Source of the DNA: Mycobacteriales bacterium
GTDB lineage: Bacteria > Actinomycetota > Actinomycetes > Mycobacteriales > QHCA01
DNA: 64,000 nucleotides
NCBI GenBank assembly: GCA_038329965.1
Contig: JBBQNN010000004.1
Span: 30,037 to 94,036, forward strand
Direction of reading: 5' to 3'
A program made the position numbers and the translations under genes. This document shows, one piece after another, positions 8,753 to 19,063 of this stretch; position 1 is the stretch's first letter, and each line of letters opens with the position of its first letter. The notes below the pieces were generated by a model. That model made no database searches. It was given only the letters and a program-made list of their open reading frames with translations, and was not told the DNA's origin.

Positions 8753-9499
8753 CTATGCGTCGCGGGCGACCCGGGTGGCGGTGGCCTGGGCGCGCGGCTT
8801 GACGTCGATGCGGTCGATGTTGACGTGTTCGGGCCGGGTGACCGCCCAGGCGATGCAGTCGGCGACGTCGGCGGCGACGAGGGGCTGCAGGCCCTCGTAC
8901 ACCGAGCTCGCCCGCTCCTCGTCACCGTCGAACCGCACGAGGGAGAACTCCGTCTCGACCAAACCCGGGCACACCTCCGTGACCCGGATCGGCTGGCCGA
9001 GCAACTCCAGGCGCAGGGTGAGCAGCAACGCGTTCTGCGCGTGCTTGGCCGCGGTGTAGCCGCCCCCGCCGTCATAGGCCTCGTGGCCGGCCACCGAGTT
9101 GATGCTGACGATGTGGCCATTCCCGCTGGCGAGGAGGGCCGGCAGCAGGGCCTTGGTCACCAGCATGGTGCCGAGGACGTTGACCTCGTACATCCACCGC
9201 CAGTGCTCCGCGTCGGCTTCGGCGATGGGCGCGAGGCCCCGGGCGCCGCCGGCGTTGTTGACCAGGACGGCGCAGACGGGTACGGCCGCCGCCAGCGCCG
9301 CCACCGATTCGGGTTCGCGGACGTCGAGGGTGACCGCCGTGCCGCCGATCTCCGCGACCAGGGCGTCGAGCCGGTCCCGCCGCCGGGCGGCTGCCACGAC
9401 GGAGAACCCTTCAGCGGCAAGCCGACGGGCCGTGGCCTCGCCGATCCCGCTGCTCGCGCCGGTGACGACGGCGACCGGCTTGCGTACAGAGTCGTCCAT
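8753..9499 (-). CDS. SDR family oxidoreductase (Rv0484c-like)
   Basis: 'VTGASSGIG', 'LVNNAG', YxxxK ('YTAAK'), 'PGLVETEFSLVRF'. Confidence 0.93.
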   Translation of the reverse strand: MDDSVRKPVAVVTGASSGIGEATARRLAAEGFSVVAAARRRDRLDALVAEIGGTAVTLDVREPESVAALAAAVPVCAVLVNNAGGARGLAPIAEADAEHWRWMYEVNVLGTMLVTKALLPALLASGNGHIVSINSVAGHEAYDGGGGYTAAKHAQNALLLTLRLELLGQPIRVTEVCPGLVETEFSLVRFDGDEERASSVYEGLQPLVAADVADCIAWAVTRPEHVNIDRIDVKPRAQATATRVARDA

Positions 9500-9590
9500 A
9501 AACGTTCATTCTGTCTGACGGCGGGAAGATCCCGGACGGTCGGGGGTGTTGGCACTAGTCAGGGGCGTGGCTGGACAGGGAGGTTCTAGC

Positions 9591-10901
9591 GTGGCGGTCC
9601 GAGCAGCTCGAAGACTCCCCCTCCCCTCGCTACCCCGGCGCATCGCCACCCTCTCGGTGCACACCTCCCCCCTGGACCAGCCGGGCACCAGCGACGCGGG
9701 CGGCATGAACGTCTATGTCGTCGAGGTGTCCAAGCGGCTGGCCCGGATGGGCGTCGAGGTCGAGATCTTCACCCGGGCGACGTCCAGCGACCTGCCGCCG
9801 GTGGTCGAGCTGATTCCCGGCGTGACGGTCCGGCATGTGACGGCGGGGCCGTACGAAGGCCTGGCGAAGAACGACCTGCCCGCGCAGCTGTGTGCCTTCA
9901 CCAGTGCGGTGCTGCGGGCCGAGGCGCTGCACGAGCCGGGGTGGTACGACCTGATCTCCTCGCACTACTGGCTGTCCGGCCAGGTCGGCTGGCTGGCCAA
10001 GGACCGGTGGGGAGTGCCGCTGGTGCACACCGCGCACACCCTGGCCAAGGTCAAGAACTCTCTGCTCGCCGAGGGCGACGCCCCCGAGCCACTGGCCCGG
10101 CTGATCGGCGAGGAGCAGGTGGTCGCCGAGGCCGACCGGCTGGTGGCCAACAGCGCGGGCGAGGCGCGGGCGCTGATCGAGCTGTACGACGCGCAGGTCG
10201 ACCGGGTCGTCACGGTCGCGCCAGGGGTGGACCTGGAGCAGTTCCGGCCGGGCGAGGCATCGTCGGCGCGGACCCGACTCGGCATCGCACCCGACGCCGT
10301 CGTCCTGTCCTTCGTCGGGCGCATCCAGCCGCTCAAGGCGCCCGACGTGCTGCTGCGGGCCGCGGCCGCGCTGCTCGAACGCCAGCCGGCCCTGCGCAAC
10401 CGGCTCGTCGTCCTCGTCTGCGGGGGCCCCAGCGGCAGCGGCCTCGACCACCCCGAGCACCTGTCCAAGCTGGCCTGCTCGCTCGGGCTCGCCGACGTCG
10501 TGCGCTTCATCCCGCCGGTGGACGCCGACCGGCTGGCCGGGATCTACCGCGCGTCGGACCTGGTCGTCGTACCGTCGTACAACGAATCGTTCGGGCTGGT
10601 GGCCCTGGAGGCACAGGCGTGCGGCACCCCGGTCGTCGCCGCGGCCGTCGGCGGGCTGCAGACCACCGTGTCCGACGGCGCGAGCGGCCTGCTGGTCGCC
10701 GGGCACGACCCGGCCGACTACGCGGCGGCGATCGAGCGCATCGTCTCGGCCCCGGCCCTGCGCCAGACACTGTCCCTCGGTGCGGTCGAACACGCCGCCC
10801 AGTTCTCCTGGCAACGTACGGCCGAGCATCTGCTGGCGACCTACCGTGACGTGTTGGCCGAGATGGCGCTGCCGGCCGGCGGCATCGCCTGCGCCCAGTG
10901 A
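9591..10901 (+). CDS. mshA: D-inositol-3-phosphate glycosyltransferase (mycothiol synthesis)
   Basis: '[21 protein letters not shown]', '[10 protein letters not shown]', 'HTLAKVKN', '[10 protein letters not shown]', '[21 protein letters not shown]'. Confidence 0.96.
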   Translation: MAVRAARRLPLPSLPRRIATLSVHTSPLDQPGTSDAGGMNVYVVEVSKRLARMGVEVEIFTRATSSDLPPVVELIPGVTVRHVTAGPYEGLAKNDLPAQLCAFTSAVLRAEALHEPGWYDLISSHYWLSGQVGWLAKDRWGVPLVHTAHTLAKVKNSLLAEGDAPEPLARLIGEEQVVAEADRLVANSAGEARALIELYDAQVDRVVTVAPGVDLEQFRPGEASSARTRLGIAPDAVVLSFVGRIQPLKAPDVLLRAAAALLERQPALRNRLVVLVCGGPSGSGLDHPEHLSKLACSLGLADVVRFIPPVDADRLAGIYRASDLVVVPSYNESFGLVALEAQACGTPVVAAAVGGLQTTVSDGASGLLVAGHDPADYAAAIERIVSAPALRQTLSLGAVEHAAQFSWQRTAEHLLATYRDVLAEMALPAGGIACAQ

Positions 10902-10908
10902 CTCGCCA

Positions 10909-11406
10909 GTGACCACGCGCACGGAGATCGACCGGATCATCCAGGCGGCACTGGACGCTGGGGGCATCGCCTACGTCCGCAATGCCGAAGGCGCCTATCT
11001 CGCCACGCTGCCCGGCACCCACAAGCTGGCCACGATGTGCTGGCTGGTCGCCGGCGAGCACGCGCTGCTGGTCGAGGCGTTCGTCATGCGCCGACCGGAC
11101 GAGAACCGCGAGAAGCTCTACGACTTCATGCTGCAGCGCAACGCCCGGATGTACGGCGTGGCCTTCAGCGTCGACTCCGCCGGCGACGTCTACCTGGTCG
11201 GGCGGGTCGCCCTGCATGCGGTGACCGCGGAGGAGATCGACCGGCTGCTCGGCAGCGTGCTGAGCTACGCCGACGACAACTTCGACGCCATGCTCGAGAT
11301 CGGGTTCGGGACCTCGATCCGCAAGGAGTGGGCGTGGCGGGTCAAGCGCGGGGAGTCGCTGGCAAACCTGCAGGCCTTCGCCCGCTTCGCCGACCCCGAC
11401 CGCTGA
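10909..11406 (+). CDS. YbjN domain protein (Rv0487-like)
   Basis: 'LPGTHKLAT...EAFVMRRPDEN...EWAWRVKRGESLANL'; conserved position after mshA. Confidence 0.9.
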   Translation: MTTRTEIDRIIQAALDAGGIAYVRNAEGAYLATLPGTHKLATMCWLVAGEHALLVEAFVMRRPDENREKLYDFMLQRNARMYGVAFSVDSAGDVYLVGRVALHAVTAEEIDRLLGSVLSYADDNFDAMLEIGFGTSIRKEWAWRVKRGESLANLQAFARFADPDR

Positions 11407-11470
11407 CCGCCACCCGCCACCCGCCACCCGCCACCCGCCAAAGCAGCGTCTTCCCGGAAAACGCTGGGTG
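11407..11470 (+). repeat. (CCGCCAC)x4 tandem repeat followed by a degenerate palindromic element/hairpin
   Basis: Four exact 7-mers from 11407, then CAAAGCAGCGTCTTCCCGGAAAACGCTG with CAGCGT/ACGCTG stem; resembles the arm of the 43509-43590 palindrome. Confidence 0.6.
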
Positions 11471-11507
11471 GGGGTGGCCGGGCGTACCGCCGGTAGGCTC
11501 GCCGTTC

Positions 11508-13169
11508 ATGGGCGATTCGACCGACGACGTGCTGCGAGTGGTCGCCGGGCGCTACCGCCTGATGGGCAAGATCGGGCAGGGCGGGATGGGCACCGTGTGG
11601 AAGGCACACGACGACCTGCTCGGCCGTACGGTCGCCATCAAGGAGGTCGACCTCCGCCAGCTCACTAGCGTCGAACGGCCCCGGATGCGGGAGCGCACCC
11701 TGCGCGAGGCACGTACGGCAGCCCGGCTGTCGCACCCCAACGCGGTCACGGTGTTCGACGTGGTCGAGGAGGACGGCCAGCCGTGGATCGTGATGTCGCT
11801 GGTCGTGGCCGACAGCCTCGCCGACGTGATCGCCGAGCGAGGGCCGCTCGCGCCGGAGCGCGTCGCCGAGGTCGGGCTGGCCCTGCTGAGCGCGCTGGAG
11901 GCCGCGCACCGGGCCGGCATCCTGCACCGCGACGTCAAACCCAGCAACGTGCTGATCGGCGACGACGGCACGGTGGTGCTGACCGACTTCGGCATCGCCA
12001 CCCTGGAGGGTGACGTGTCCCTGACCAGTACGGGGATGCTGTTCGGGGCGCCGGCCTACATCGCCCCGGAGCGGGCCCGGGGGCAGCGGCCCGGCCCGGC
12101 GTCGGACCTGTGGTCGCTGGGTGCCACGCTCTACACCGCCGTCGAGGGCAACCCACCGTTCGACCGGGAGTCCCCGATGGCCACCCTGACCGCGCTGGTC
12201 AGCGAGGACCTGCCGGTGCCGCGTTCGGCCGGTCGGCTAACTCCCGCGCTGAAGGCCCTGCTGGAGCGTGACCCGGCGCACCGGGTCGACGCGGCGGGCG
12301 CGCGGCTGCTGCTGGAGCAGGCCCGGCCCGGGCATCGTCCCGACCCGGCGCCCGGTGCCCCGACCACCGCCGTACCACCGGACCAGATGGCCACCCGGAC
12401 GCTGCCGGTGTTCCCGGAAGAGGCAGCCGGCTGGCCCCCAGGTACGGCCACACCATCCGGACCGGCCACCGTACGGCCGGAGCCGCCGGCCCGGTCACCG
12501 GAGCCGGCCGCCAGCCCCGTCCCCCCGCCGGACGCCTACCGCACCCCGCCGGGCCGCCGTTCCCGTCCCTCGGTCGTGCTCCTGGCACTGCTCGCAGCGC
12601 TCCTCGTCGGGGCGGCCGGGACGGCGGTCGTGCTGGCCCACGGCGGCGAAAAGGGCACGCCGGCGGCCAAGGCGCCCGGATCGCCGCAACCGAGTCCCGC
12701 CCGGTCGAGCCCGGCGACCCGGCCAACACCGTCGGCTGGCGCCTCGCAGCCGCGCGCCTCAGCGGGGGACTTCCCGACGCTGTCGCAGGGCAGCAGTGGC
12801 CCCCGGGTACGCGCCGCGCAATACCTGCTGCGCCACGGGGGACGAGTCATCGACATCGATGGGAACTACGGAGCCGCCATGGCCCAGGAGGTGCGGGACT
12901 ACCAGAGCGGCAAAGGGCTCGCCGTCAGCGGACACGTCGACCCTGCCACGTGGGCCGCGCTGGTCACCACCGTCCGACGCGGCGACAACAGCGATGCCGT
13001 GAGCGCCGCCCAGACCCTCCTCGTTGCCGCTGGTCACGACCTGACGGTGGATGGCCTCTTCGGGGCCAAGACCGAGTCGGCGGTGCGCGACTTCCGGGCC
13101 GGCCGGGGCCTCGCCGTCAGCGGGGTCGTGACCCCGGACGTGTTCTTGGATCTGCTGAACCGAGCCTGA
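11508..13169 (+). CDS. Ser/Thr protein kinase with TM helix and two C-terminal peptidoglycan-binding (PG_binding_1-like) domains
   Basis: GQGGMG, VAIKE, HRDVKPSN, DFG, APE motifs; TM 'VVLLALLAALLVGAAGTAVVL'; repeats 'LSQGSSGPRVRAAQYLL..IDGNYG' and 'VRRGDNSDAVSAAQTLL..VDGLFG'. Confidence 0.92.
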   Translation: MGDSTDDVLRVVAGRYRLMGKIGQGGMGTVWKAHDDLLGRTVAIKEVDLRQLTSVERPRMRERTLREARTAARLSHPNAVTVFDVVEEDGQPWIVMSLVVADSLADVIAERGPLAPERVAEVGLALLSALEAAHRAGILHRDVKPSNVLIGDDGTVVLTDFGIATLEGDVSLTSTGMLFGAPAYIAPERARGQRPGPASDLWSLGATLYTAVEGNPPFDRESPMATLTALVSEDLPVPRSAGRLTPALKALLERDPAHRVDAAGARLLLEQARPGHRPDPAPGAPTTAVPPDQMATRTLPVFPEEAAGWPPGTATPSGPATVRPEPPARSPEPAASPVPPPDAYRTPPGRRSRPSVVLLALLAALLVGAAGTAVVLAHGGEKGTPAAKAPGSPQPSPARSSPATRPTPSAGASQPRASAGDFPTLSQGSSGPRVRAAQYLLRHGGRVIDIDGNYGAAMAQEVRDYQSGKGLAVSGHVDPATWAALVTTVRRGDNSDAVSAAQTLLVAAGHDLTVDGLFGAKTESAVRDFRAGRGLAVSGVVTPDVFLDLLNRA

Positions 13170-13183
13170 TCGGGGCCGCAACG

Positions 13184-13828
13184 ATGACGCACCGCTACTG
13201 GCCGCTGTTCGACCTGCGGCTCACGACGCCCGACCTCGAGCTCCGCCCGATGACCGAGGGCGACCAGTTGGCGCTCGCCGACCTGCTGCCCGACGACTTC
13301 GAGCTCGACCCGGCCGCGACGCGGTACACCGTCGATGACGAGCACACCAGCCGCGGGATCGTGACCTTCCAGTCGTACTGGAACGCGTACGGCACCTGGT
13401 CGCCGGCCCACTGGCGGCTGAACTTCGCGGTGTTCGCCGCGGGTGAGCTGATCGGGGCGCAGGAGCTCGAGGGCACCGACTTCCCGGTCCTGCGTACCGT
13501 CGACACCTTCTCCTTCCTGGTCCCGGCCGCCCGCGGCCGGGGGCTCGGCAAGCAGATGCGCGGGGCGATCCTGGCGCTGGCGTTCGGGCCGATGGCTGCG
13601 CAGGCCGCGATCACCTCGGCCTGGCACGACAACCACGCGTCGCTCGGCGTCTCGCGGGCGCTGGGCTACCAGCCCAACGGCGAGGCGCTGCACCGGCACG
13701 AACGCGGCGGGGTCGACGTCATGGTGCACCTGCGGCTGACCCGCGCGGACTGGCTGGCCGGCGGAGCGGCCGACCGGGTCGGCATCAGCGGGTTCGAGCC
13801 CTGCCGCCCGCTGTTCGGCCTCGCCTGA
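13184..13828 (+). CDS. GNAT family N-acetyltransferase (RimJ/RimL-like)
   Basis: 'WPLFDLRLTTPDLELRP', 'RGRGLGKQMR', 'DNHASLGVSRALGY'. Confidence 0.9.
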   Translation: MTHRYWPLFDLRLTTPDLELRPMTEGDQLALADLLPDDFELDPAATRYTVDDEHTSRGIVTFQSYWNAYGTWSPAHWRLNFAVFAAGELIGAQELEGTDFPVLRTVDTFSFLVPAARGRGLGKQMRGAILALAFGPMAAQAAITSAWHDNHASLGVSRALGYQPNGEALHRHERGGVDVMVHLRLTRADWLAGGAADRVGISGFEPCRPLFGLA

Positions 13829-13838
13829 GCCCTCCTCC

Positions 13839-13873
13839 GGGACCTTCGGCCCTGGCAGTGGGGTGACCGGCCC
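13839..13873 (+). promoter_or_regulatory. Tandem DosR/DevR(OsdR)-like binding sites
   Basis: GGGACCTTCGGCCCT (13839) and a weaker GGGGTGACCGGCCC (13860), 21 bp apart, upstream of an Acg-family gene. Confidence 0.6.
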
Positions 13874-13911
13874 GCCTACGGTCGGAGGGGCCAGTCGCAC
13901 CGGAGGTGGCC

Positions 13912-14913
13912 GTGAACCGCGTCGCTCGACAACCGCAGACGCAGCCCTTCACCCCAGATGAGGTCGCGCTGCTCGTCGACCGCGCCGGCCGAGCACCCTC
14001 GGTACACAACACCCAGCCCTGGTCGTTCCGAGCCGAAGACAGCGTCATCGAGTTGCATGCCGATCCCCGCAGGGGCCTCGCGGTGGCGGACCCGCAGGGC
14101 AGGGAGCGACTGATCTCCTGCGGTGCCGCCCTGTTCAACCTGCGCCTGACCATGCAGCACCTGGGTCACCGGCCGCGTGTCACGTTGTTGCCTGACGGCC
14201 CGGCCGGCAGTCGTGTGGCCGTGATAGCGCGCGGTCCCGCGCACAGTGCCACTGCCGCCGAAGACAGGCTGTACGAGGCGATCCCCCATCGCCGCACGCA
14301 GCGACGACCGTTCGACCGGCGGCCGCTGACCGACTCCCAGCGGCTCCGACTCAATGGGGCGGCGGCGAGTGAAAATCTGTGGGTACGGTTCCTCGACGAC
14401 CCGGCACTGCGCCGGCAGGTCGCCCTTCTGATGGCCGCCGCCGCCGCCGCCGACACGAACGATCCGGCCTACCGGGCCGAGCTGGACGGGTGGATCCACG
14501 GAGGCCGGCCGACGTCCGACGGGATCCCGCTGCGGTCGCTGGATGCCGCCAACTACCCCATAGACGGCCTGCCCTGGCGGGACCGGGGAGCCGGCGGACC
14601 GTCGCTGGCCGCGATCGAAGAGGAGTTGACCATCTCCACCGTGCTGGTCATGGGCTCGCTGCGGGACACCCCGCGGGACTGGCTCGACACCGGACAGGGG
14701 TTGCAGCACGCGCTATTGGACGCACACACCAGCGGGCTGGTCTGTTCCTTCGCCAACCAGCTGATCGAACTTCCGGCGTTGCGGTCGAGGCTGAGCGCCC
14801 TCCTTGCGATGCCGGGGTATCCCCAGCTGATCCTCCGCGTCGGGCATCCCCTGGTCGACGTGCCGCCGACGCCACGGCGGGGCACGGCGGAGCTCTTCGT
14901 TGAATCTCGCTAG
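13912..14913 (+). CDS. Acg-family FMN-binding nitroreductase-like protein
   Basis: '[11 protein letters not shown]', '[20 protein letters not shown]', '[11 protein letters not shown]', 'PQLILRVG...TPRR'. Confidence 0.92.
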   Translation: MNRVARQPQTQPFTPDEVALLVDRAGRAPSVHNTQPWSFRAEDSVIELHADPRRGLAVADPQGRERLISCGAALFNLRLTMQHLGHRPRVTLLPDGPAGSRVAVIARGPAHSATAAEDRLYEAIPHRRTQRRPFDRRPLTDSQRLRLNGAAASENLWVRFLDDPALRRQVALLMAAAAAADTNDPAYRAELDGWIHGGRPTSDGIPLRSLDAANYPIDGLPWRDRGAGGPSLAAIEEELTISTVLVMGSLRDTPRDWLDTGQGLQHALLDAHTSGLVCSFANQLIELPALRSRLSALLAMPGYPQLILRVGHPLVDVPPTPRRGTAELFVESR

Positions 14914-15167
14914 GACGCTCTCGCCGGACGAACGCCCCGGCGTTCCTGTCCGATCTGGACGTCATGCCAGCCGGCCACAACTCGGAGTACCGTCGGTCTA
15001 CCGGAGGTACTTCGTACGCTGGCTTCCTCGTCGGCCTCGCCCCCGGTGATCCGCAATCGGTCCGGGCAGGCCTGAACGGCCCAGCTCAGAAGCGCTCGTC
15101 AAATGCTCCCGCGCGGCGCCCTGTGCGCACCCAAGGGACTTTCTGCAGCAATCTGAGGAGCGTCGTC

Positions 15168-15950
15168 GTGAACGTTCTGATTTCCGTCGCCGTCATCGTC
15201 GTGATCGTCTCCCTGATCGTGCTCGTACTGGCGGTCAGGATCGTGAAACAGTACGAGTTGGGAGTGTTGTTCCGGCTGGGCCGTGTCCAGGGCGCGCGCG
15301 GTCCGGGCCTACGGGTGATCGTCCCGTTCGTTGACGTCCTGCACCGGGTGTCGATGCGAATCGTCACGATGCCGATCCAGTCGCAGGGCATCATCACCCG
15401 AGACAACGTGAGCGTCGACGTCTCCGCGGTCGCCTACTTCCGCGTGGTGGACGCGGTGAAGTCGGTCGTTGCGATCGAGAACGTCCACACCGCCATCAAC
15501 CAGATCGCGCAAACCACGCTCCGCAAGGTCGTGGGTCAGCACACCCTCGACGAGACGCTGTCCGAGACCGACCGGATCAACCTGGACATCCGTGAGATTC
15601 TCGACGTCACTACCCTCGATTGGGGCGTGGAGGTCACCCTGGTCGAACTGAAGGACATCCAGCTGCCCGACAGCATGAAACGAGCGATGGCCCGGCAGGC
15701 AGAGGCGGAGCGGGAGAAGCGCGCGAAGATCATCAACGCCGAGGGCGAGTCGCTGGCCGCCGCCGCCCTGGGTGACGCTTCGGACATCATGATGGCCCAT
15801 CCGCTGGCCCTGCAGCTCCGCAACCTGCAGAGCCTGGTCGAGATCGGCGTGGACAAGAACACCACGGTCGTGTTCCCTGCGCCGCTCATGACGACGATCG
15901 CCGAGCTTGGCGCGTTCCTGGCGCGGGAGGCTGCTGCGGCAGGCCCGTGA
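15168..15950 (+). CDS. SPFH/stomatin (slipin) family protein
   Basis: N-terminal TM, '[12 protein letters not shown]', '[13 protein letters not shown]', '[18 protein letters not shown]'; GAGGAG RBS. Confidence 0.95.
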   Translation: MNVLISVAVIVVIVSLIVLVLAVRIVKQYELGVLFRLGRVQGARGPGLRVIVPFVDVLHRVSMRIVTMPIQSQGIITRDNVSVDVSAVAYFRVVDAVKSVVAIENVHTAINQIAQTTLRKVVGQHTLDETLSETDRINLDIREILDVTTLDWGVEVTLVELKDIQLPDSMKRAMARQAEAEREKRAKIINAEGESLAAAALGDASDIMMAHPLALQLRNLQSLVEIGVDKNTTVVFPAPLMTTIAELGAFLAREAAAAGP

Positions 15951-16032
15951 TGCCGCCCGCGGCCGCCGGCAGGCCGATCCGTTCAGGCGACAACAAACGG
16001 CACGTCCTAGCCCGGCAAGGAGCTGCTCACGC

Positions 16033-18753
16033 GTGACCGTCGCCGCCCCCGCACAGCCGGCAAACCCCGTGACGGCCCTGCCCGGCGGGATCACGCAGGC
16101 CGCCACGATGACCGCAGCGGAGGTACTGTCCGATCTTGGGGTGGACCCCGACGCGGGGCTTTCCGGCGGCGAGGCTCGGCGGCGGCAGGAGCAGTGCGGC
16201 CCGAATGCCGTCTCCTCGCACCACGCCAGGCTGGTTCCGGTGCTGTGGCACCAGCTTCGCTCGCCGCTGCTGGGACTCCTGGTGGTCGCCGCGGCCGCCT
16301 CCTATTTCGTCGGCGAGCGCAGCGGCGCCCTCATCATCGGTGGGATCGTCGCCCTGTCGGTCGGCCTCGGGTTCGTCAACGAGTACCGGGCCGAGAAGGC
16401 AGCGGAGGCCCTGCACTCCCAGATCCGTCGCGCGGCCGTGGTCCTCCGCGACAAGCTAACGGCCACCGTGGACGTCACCGCACTGGTGCCCGGTGATCTT
16501 GTCGAGCTGCGGCTCGGTGACATCGTCCCGGCCGACGTCCGGCTGATCGAGGCGACGGGCCTGGCATGCGACGAGTCGGTCCTGACGGGCGAATCGCTGC
16601 CCGCCGACAAGGGCGTCGTCGCGGTCGAGCCGGGCACCGCTCTGGCGGAGCTGTTCGGATGCGCGCTGATGGGCACAGTCGTGTCCGCCGGGGCTGCCCG
16701 CGGAGTGGTGGCGGCCACCGGAGTCCATACGGAGTTCGGCAAGATCGCCGCAGGGCTGAGCACCCACCAGCTCGACACGGAATTCCAGGTCGGGCTGCGC
16801 CGGTTCTCCCTGCTTCTGGTGTACGTGGCCGGGGCCCTGACCGCGTCGATCTTCGTGATCAACGTCGTCCTGCACAAGCCGATCATCGACGCGCTGTTGT
16901 TCTCACTGGCGATCGCGGTCGGCATCACCCCGCAGTTGCTGCCAGCGGTCGTGTCCTCGAGCCTGGCTGCCGGATCGCGCCGGATGAGCCGTCGCAAGGT
17001 GCTGGTCAAGCGGCTGGTGTGCATCGAGGACCTCGGCGACGTGGACGTGCTGTTCACCGACAAGACCGGCACCCTCACCGCCGGCCGCATCGACTACGTA
17101 CGCGCCATACCGGCCGGACCGGCACGGCCCGCCGCGGTGCTGCTGTGGGGCCTGTTGTGCACGGAGACCACCGCGCATGACGGGCTCGCCGTGGGCGGCA
17201 GCCCGCTCGACCGGGCGCTCTGGAACTCCGCCCCTGCCCTGAGCCGGCACGCCGAGGTGACCGGCTACACGCGCCTTCAGGTCGTGCCGTTCGACCACGA
17301 GCGCCGGATGGTCTCGGTCCTCGTCCGGGACCCCGCCGGCCAGTCGACCCTGGTCACGAAGGGTGCACCGGAAAGCGTCTTGGAACGCTGCGTGGATGTG
17401 CCGGCCGGCGTGCGGACCGCCCTTGAGGCCGAGTTCGCCGCCGGCAACCGGGTCGTCGCCGTTGCCACCCGTCTCGCGACCGGCTCCGGCTCTGACCGGG
17501 CGAGTACGGCCGACGAGCACGACCTGAGCCTTCAGGGGCTCCTGGTGTTCTTGGATCCGCCCAAGCCGGACGCAGCAGGCGCCCTGCGCAGGCTGGGCGA
17601 CCTGGGCATCGCGGTCAAGGTCGTCACCGGCGACAACGCCGCGGTTGCCGTCAAGCTGTGTCACGACGTCGGGCTGGGTGGTGGCCCAGGAGATGGGGCT
17701 GCGCTGACCGGCACCGACCTGGACGCCCTCGACGACTCCCAGCTCGCCGCGGCGATCGGCCGCACCACGGTGTTCGCCCGCGTGAGCCCGCAACACAAGG
17801 CTCGTATCGTGCGTGTCCAGCGGCGCAGCGGCGGCGGCGTCGCCTTCCTCGGTGACGGCGTCAACGACGCGCTCGCCCTGCACGCGGCCGATGTGGGCAT
17901 CTCGGTCGACTCGGCCACCGACGTCGCCAAGGACGCCGCCGACGTGATCCTGATGGAGAAGGATCTCGACGTGCTCGCCGACGGCGTCGCCGAGGGCCGG
18001 CGGATCTTCGCCAACACCATCAAGTACGTGCTGATGGGCACGTCCAGCAACTTCGGCAACATGTTCTCTGCCGCGGGTGCGTCGCTGTTCCTGACGTACC
18101 TGCCGATGCTGCCGTCCCAGATCCTGCTCAACAACCTGCTCTACGACACGAGCCAGCTGGCCATTCCCACCGACAACGTCGACGAGGAGCAGCTGCGCCG
18201 CCCCTCACACTGGGACATCGGGTTCATCCGCCGTTTCATGATCTTCTTCGGGCCGCTGAGCTCGGTGTTCGACTTCGTGACCTTCGGGGTCATGTTGTGG
18301 GTTTTTCACTCCGGGCCCGCACAGTTCCGCACCGGCTGGTTCGTGGAGTCCCTGGCCACGCAGACCCTGGTCATCTTCGCGATCCGCACCAGACGCGTCC
18401 CGTTCTTTCGGAGCCATCCGAGCGTGCCGCTGTCCATGGCCGCGCTCGGGACGGTCGCTGTCGGCGCGCTGCTGCCCGCCACCCCACTCGCTCAGGCGCT
18501 CGGCTTCCGGGCATTGCCCGTCGGCTTCTTCGTCGCTCTGGCGGGCATGGTGCTCGGCTACCTGGCCTTGATCGAGATCGGCAAGCGGATCTTCTTCCGC
18601 GCGGCGTCGGTCATGCCTTCCGCGAACACGAAGCGCGACCACAGGCGCCACCACCAGCGGCGGCGCGCGGCCTACTTCAGCACCGGCAGGCGCCAGCCGA
18701 GCCGGTCGTCAACCCACGTCATGACGCCGGGAGAACCTCCCGCCTCCGCATGA
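16033..18753 (+). CDS. P-type ATPase, MgtA-like (P3B) cation transporter
   Basis: TGES, DKTGTLT, KGAPE, TGDN, GDGVND, SSNFGN, NNLLYD, 'TGWFVES'; TM4 reads PQLLP; start uncertain. Confidence 0.9.
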   Translation: MTVAAPAQPANPVTALPGGITQAATMTAAEVLSDLGVDPDAGLSGGEARRRQEQCGPNAVSSHHARLVPVLWHQLRSPLLGLLVVAAAASYFVGERSGALIIGGIVALSVGLGFVNEYRAEKAAEALHSQIRRAAVVLRDKLTATVDVTALVPGDLVELRLGDIVPADVRLIEATGLACDESVLTGESLPADKGVVAVEPGTALAELFGCALMGTVVSAGAARGVVAATGVHTEFGKIAAGLSTHQLDTEFQVGLRRFSLLLVYVAGALTASIFVINVVLHKPIIDALLFSLAIAVGITPQLLPAVVSSSLAAGSRRMSRRKVLVKRLVCIEDLGDVDVLFTDKTGTLTAGRIDYVRAIPAGPARPAAVLLWGLLCTETTAHDGLAVGGSPLDRALWNSAPALSRHAEVTGYTRLQVVPFDHERRMVSVLVRDPAGQSTLVTKGAPESVLERCVDVPAGVRTALEAEFAAGNRVVAVATRLATGSGSDRASTADEHDLSLQGLLVFLDPPKPDAAGALRRLGDLGIAVKVVTGDNAAVAVKLCHDVGLGGGPGDGAALTGTDLDALDDSQLAAAIGRTTVFARVSPQHKARIVRVQRRSGGGVAFLGDGVNDALALHAADVGISVDSATDVAKDAADVILMEKDLDVLADGVAEGRRIFANTIKYVLMGTSSNFGNMFSAAGASLFLTYLPMLPSQILLNNLLYDTSQLAIPTDNVDEEQLRRPSHWDIGFIRRFMIFFGPLSSVFDFVTFGVMLWVFHSGPAQFRTGWFVESLATQTLVIFAIRTRRVPFFRSHPSVPLSMAALGTVAVGALLPATPLAQALGFRALPVGFFVALAGMVLGYLALIEIGKRIFFRAASVMPSANTKRDHRRHHQRRRAAYFSTGRRQPSRSSTHVMTPGEPPASA

Positions 18754-18940
18754 AGGCCCTCGGAGCCCGGGACAATGCCATGGCCGCTGGCGAGCGGTTT
18801 CACGGCTGGTAGGGCCAGCCACCCTGAAGAATGGCGCGCGGCTCGCCTGGCATGAAAGACCCCGCGCAGTCCCAGACCGCCCGGGGGCCGGTCGATCGCG
18901 CCCGGGACGTGGAAAGCCCGGTGTGGAGGGCCACCCGCCC

Positions 18941-18997
18941 CGGTGATCCTGGCCTCCCAGGCCGGTGCCAGCCGGGCTAAGCGGGCCTGGATCACCG
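18941..18997. repeat. Intergenic palindromic (REP-like) element
   Basis: CGGTGATCCTGGCC ... GGCCTGGATCACCG, 14-bp arms with one mismatch. Confidence 0.5.
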
Positions 18998-19063
18998 CAG
19001 AGGGGGTGGCAGGATGGTGATCTTGATGTGGCGGTGGTCGTACTCGCCTGCCAGCATGGGCGG

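Noticed and set aside
11407-11440. Tandem repeats as a possible CRISPR array
   Set aside because: 7-bp units without spacers; no cas genes in the window
11037-11507. N-terminal extension of the 710-aa kinase ORF
   Set aside because: Overlaps YbjN out of frame and crosses a tandem repeat; ATG 11508 matches the sibling kinases
14914-16032. M-box or mgtA-leader riboswitch before the MgtA-like gene
   Set aside because: No recognisable M-box conserved segments or Pro-rich leader; an Rfam search would be decisive
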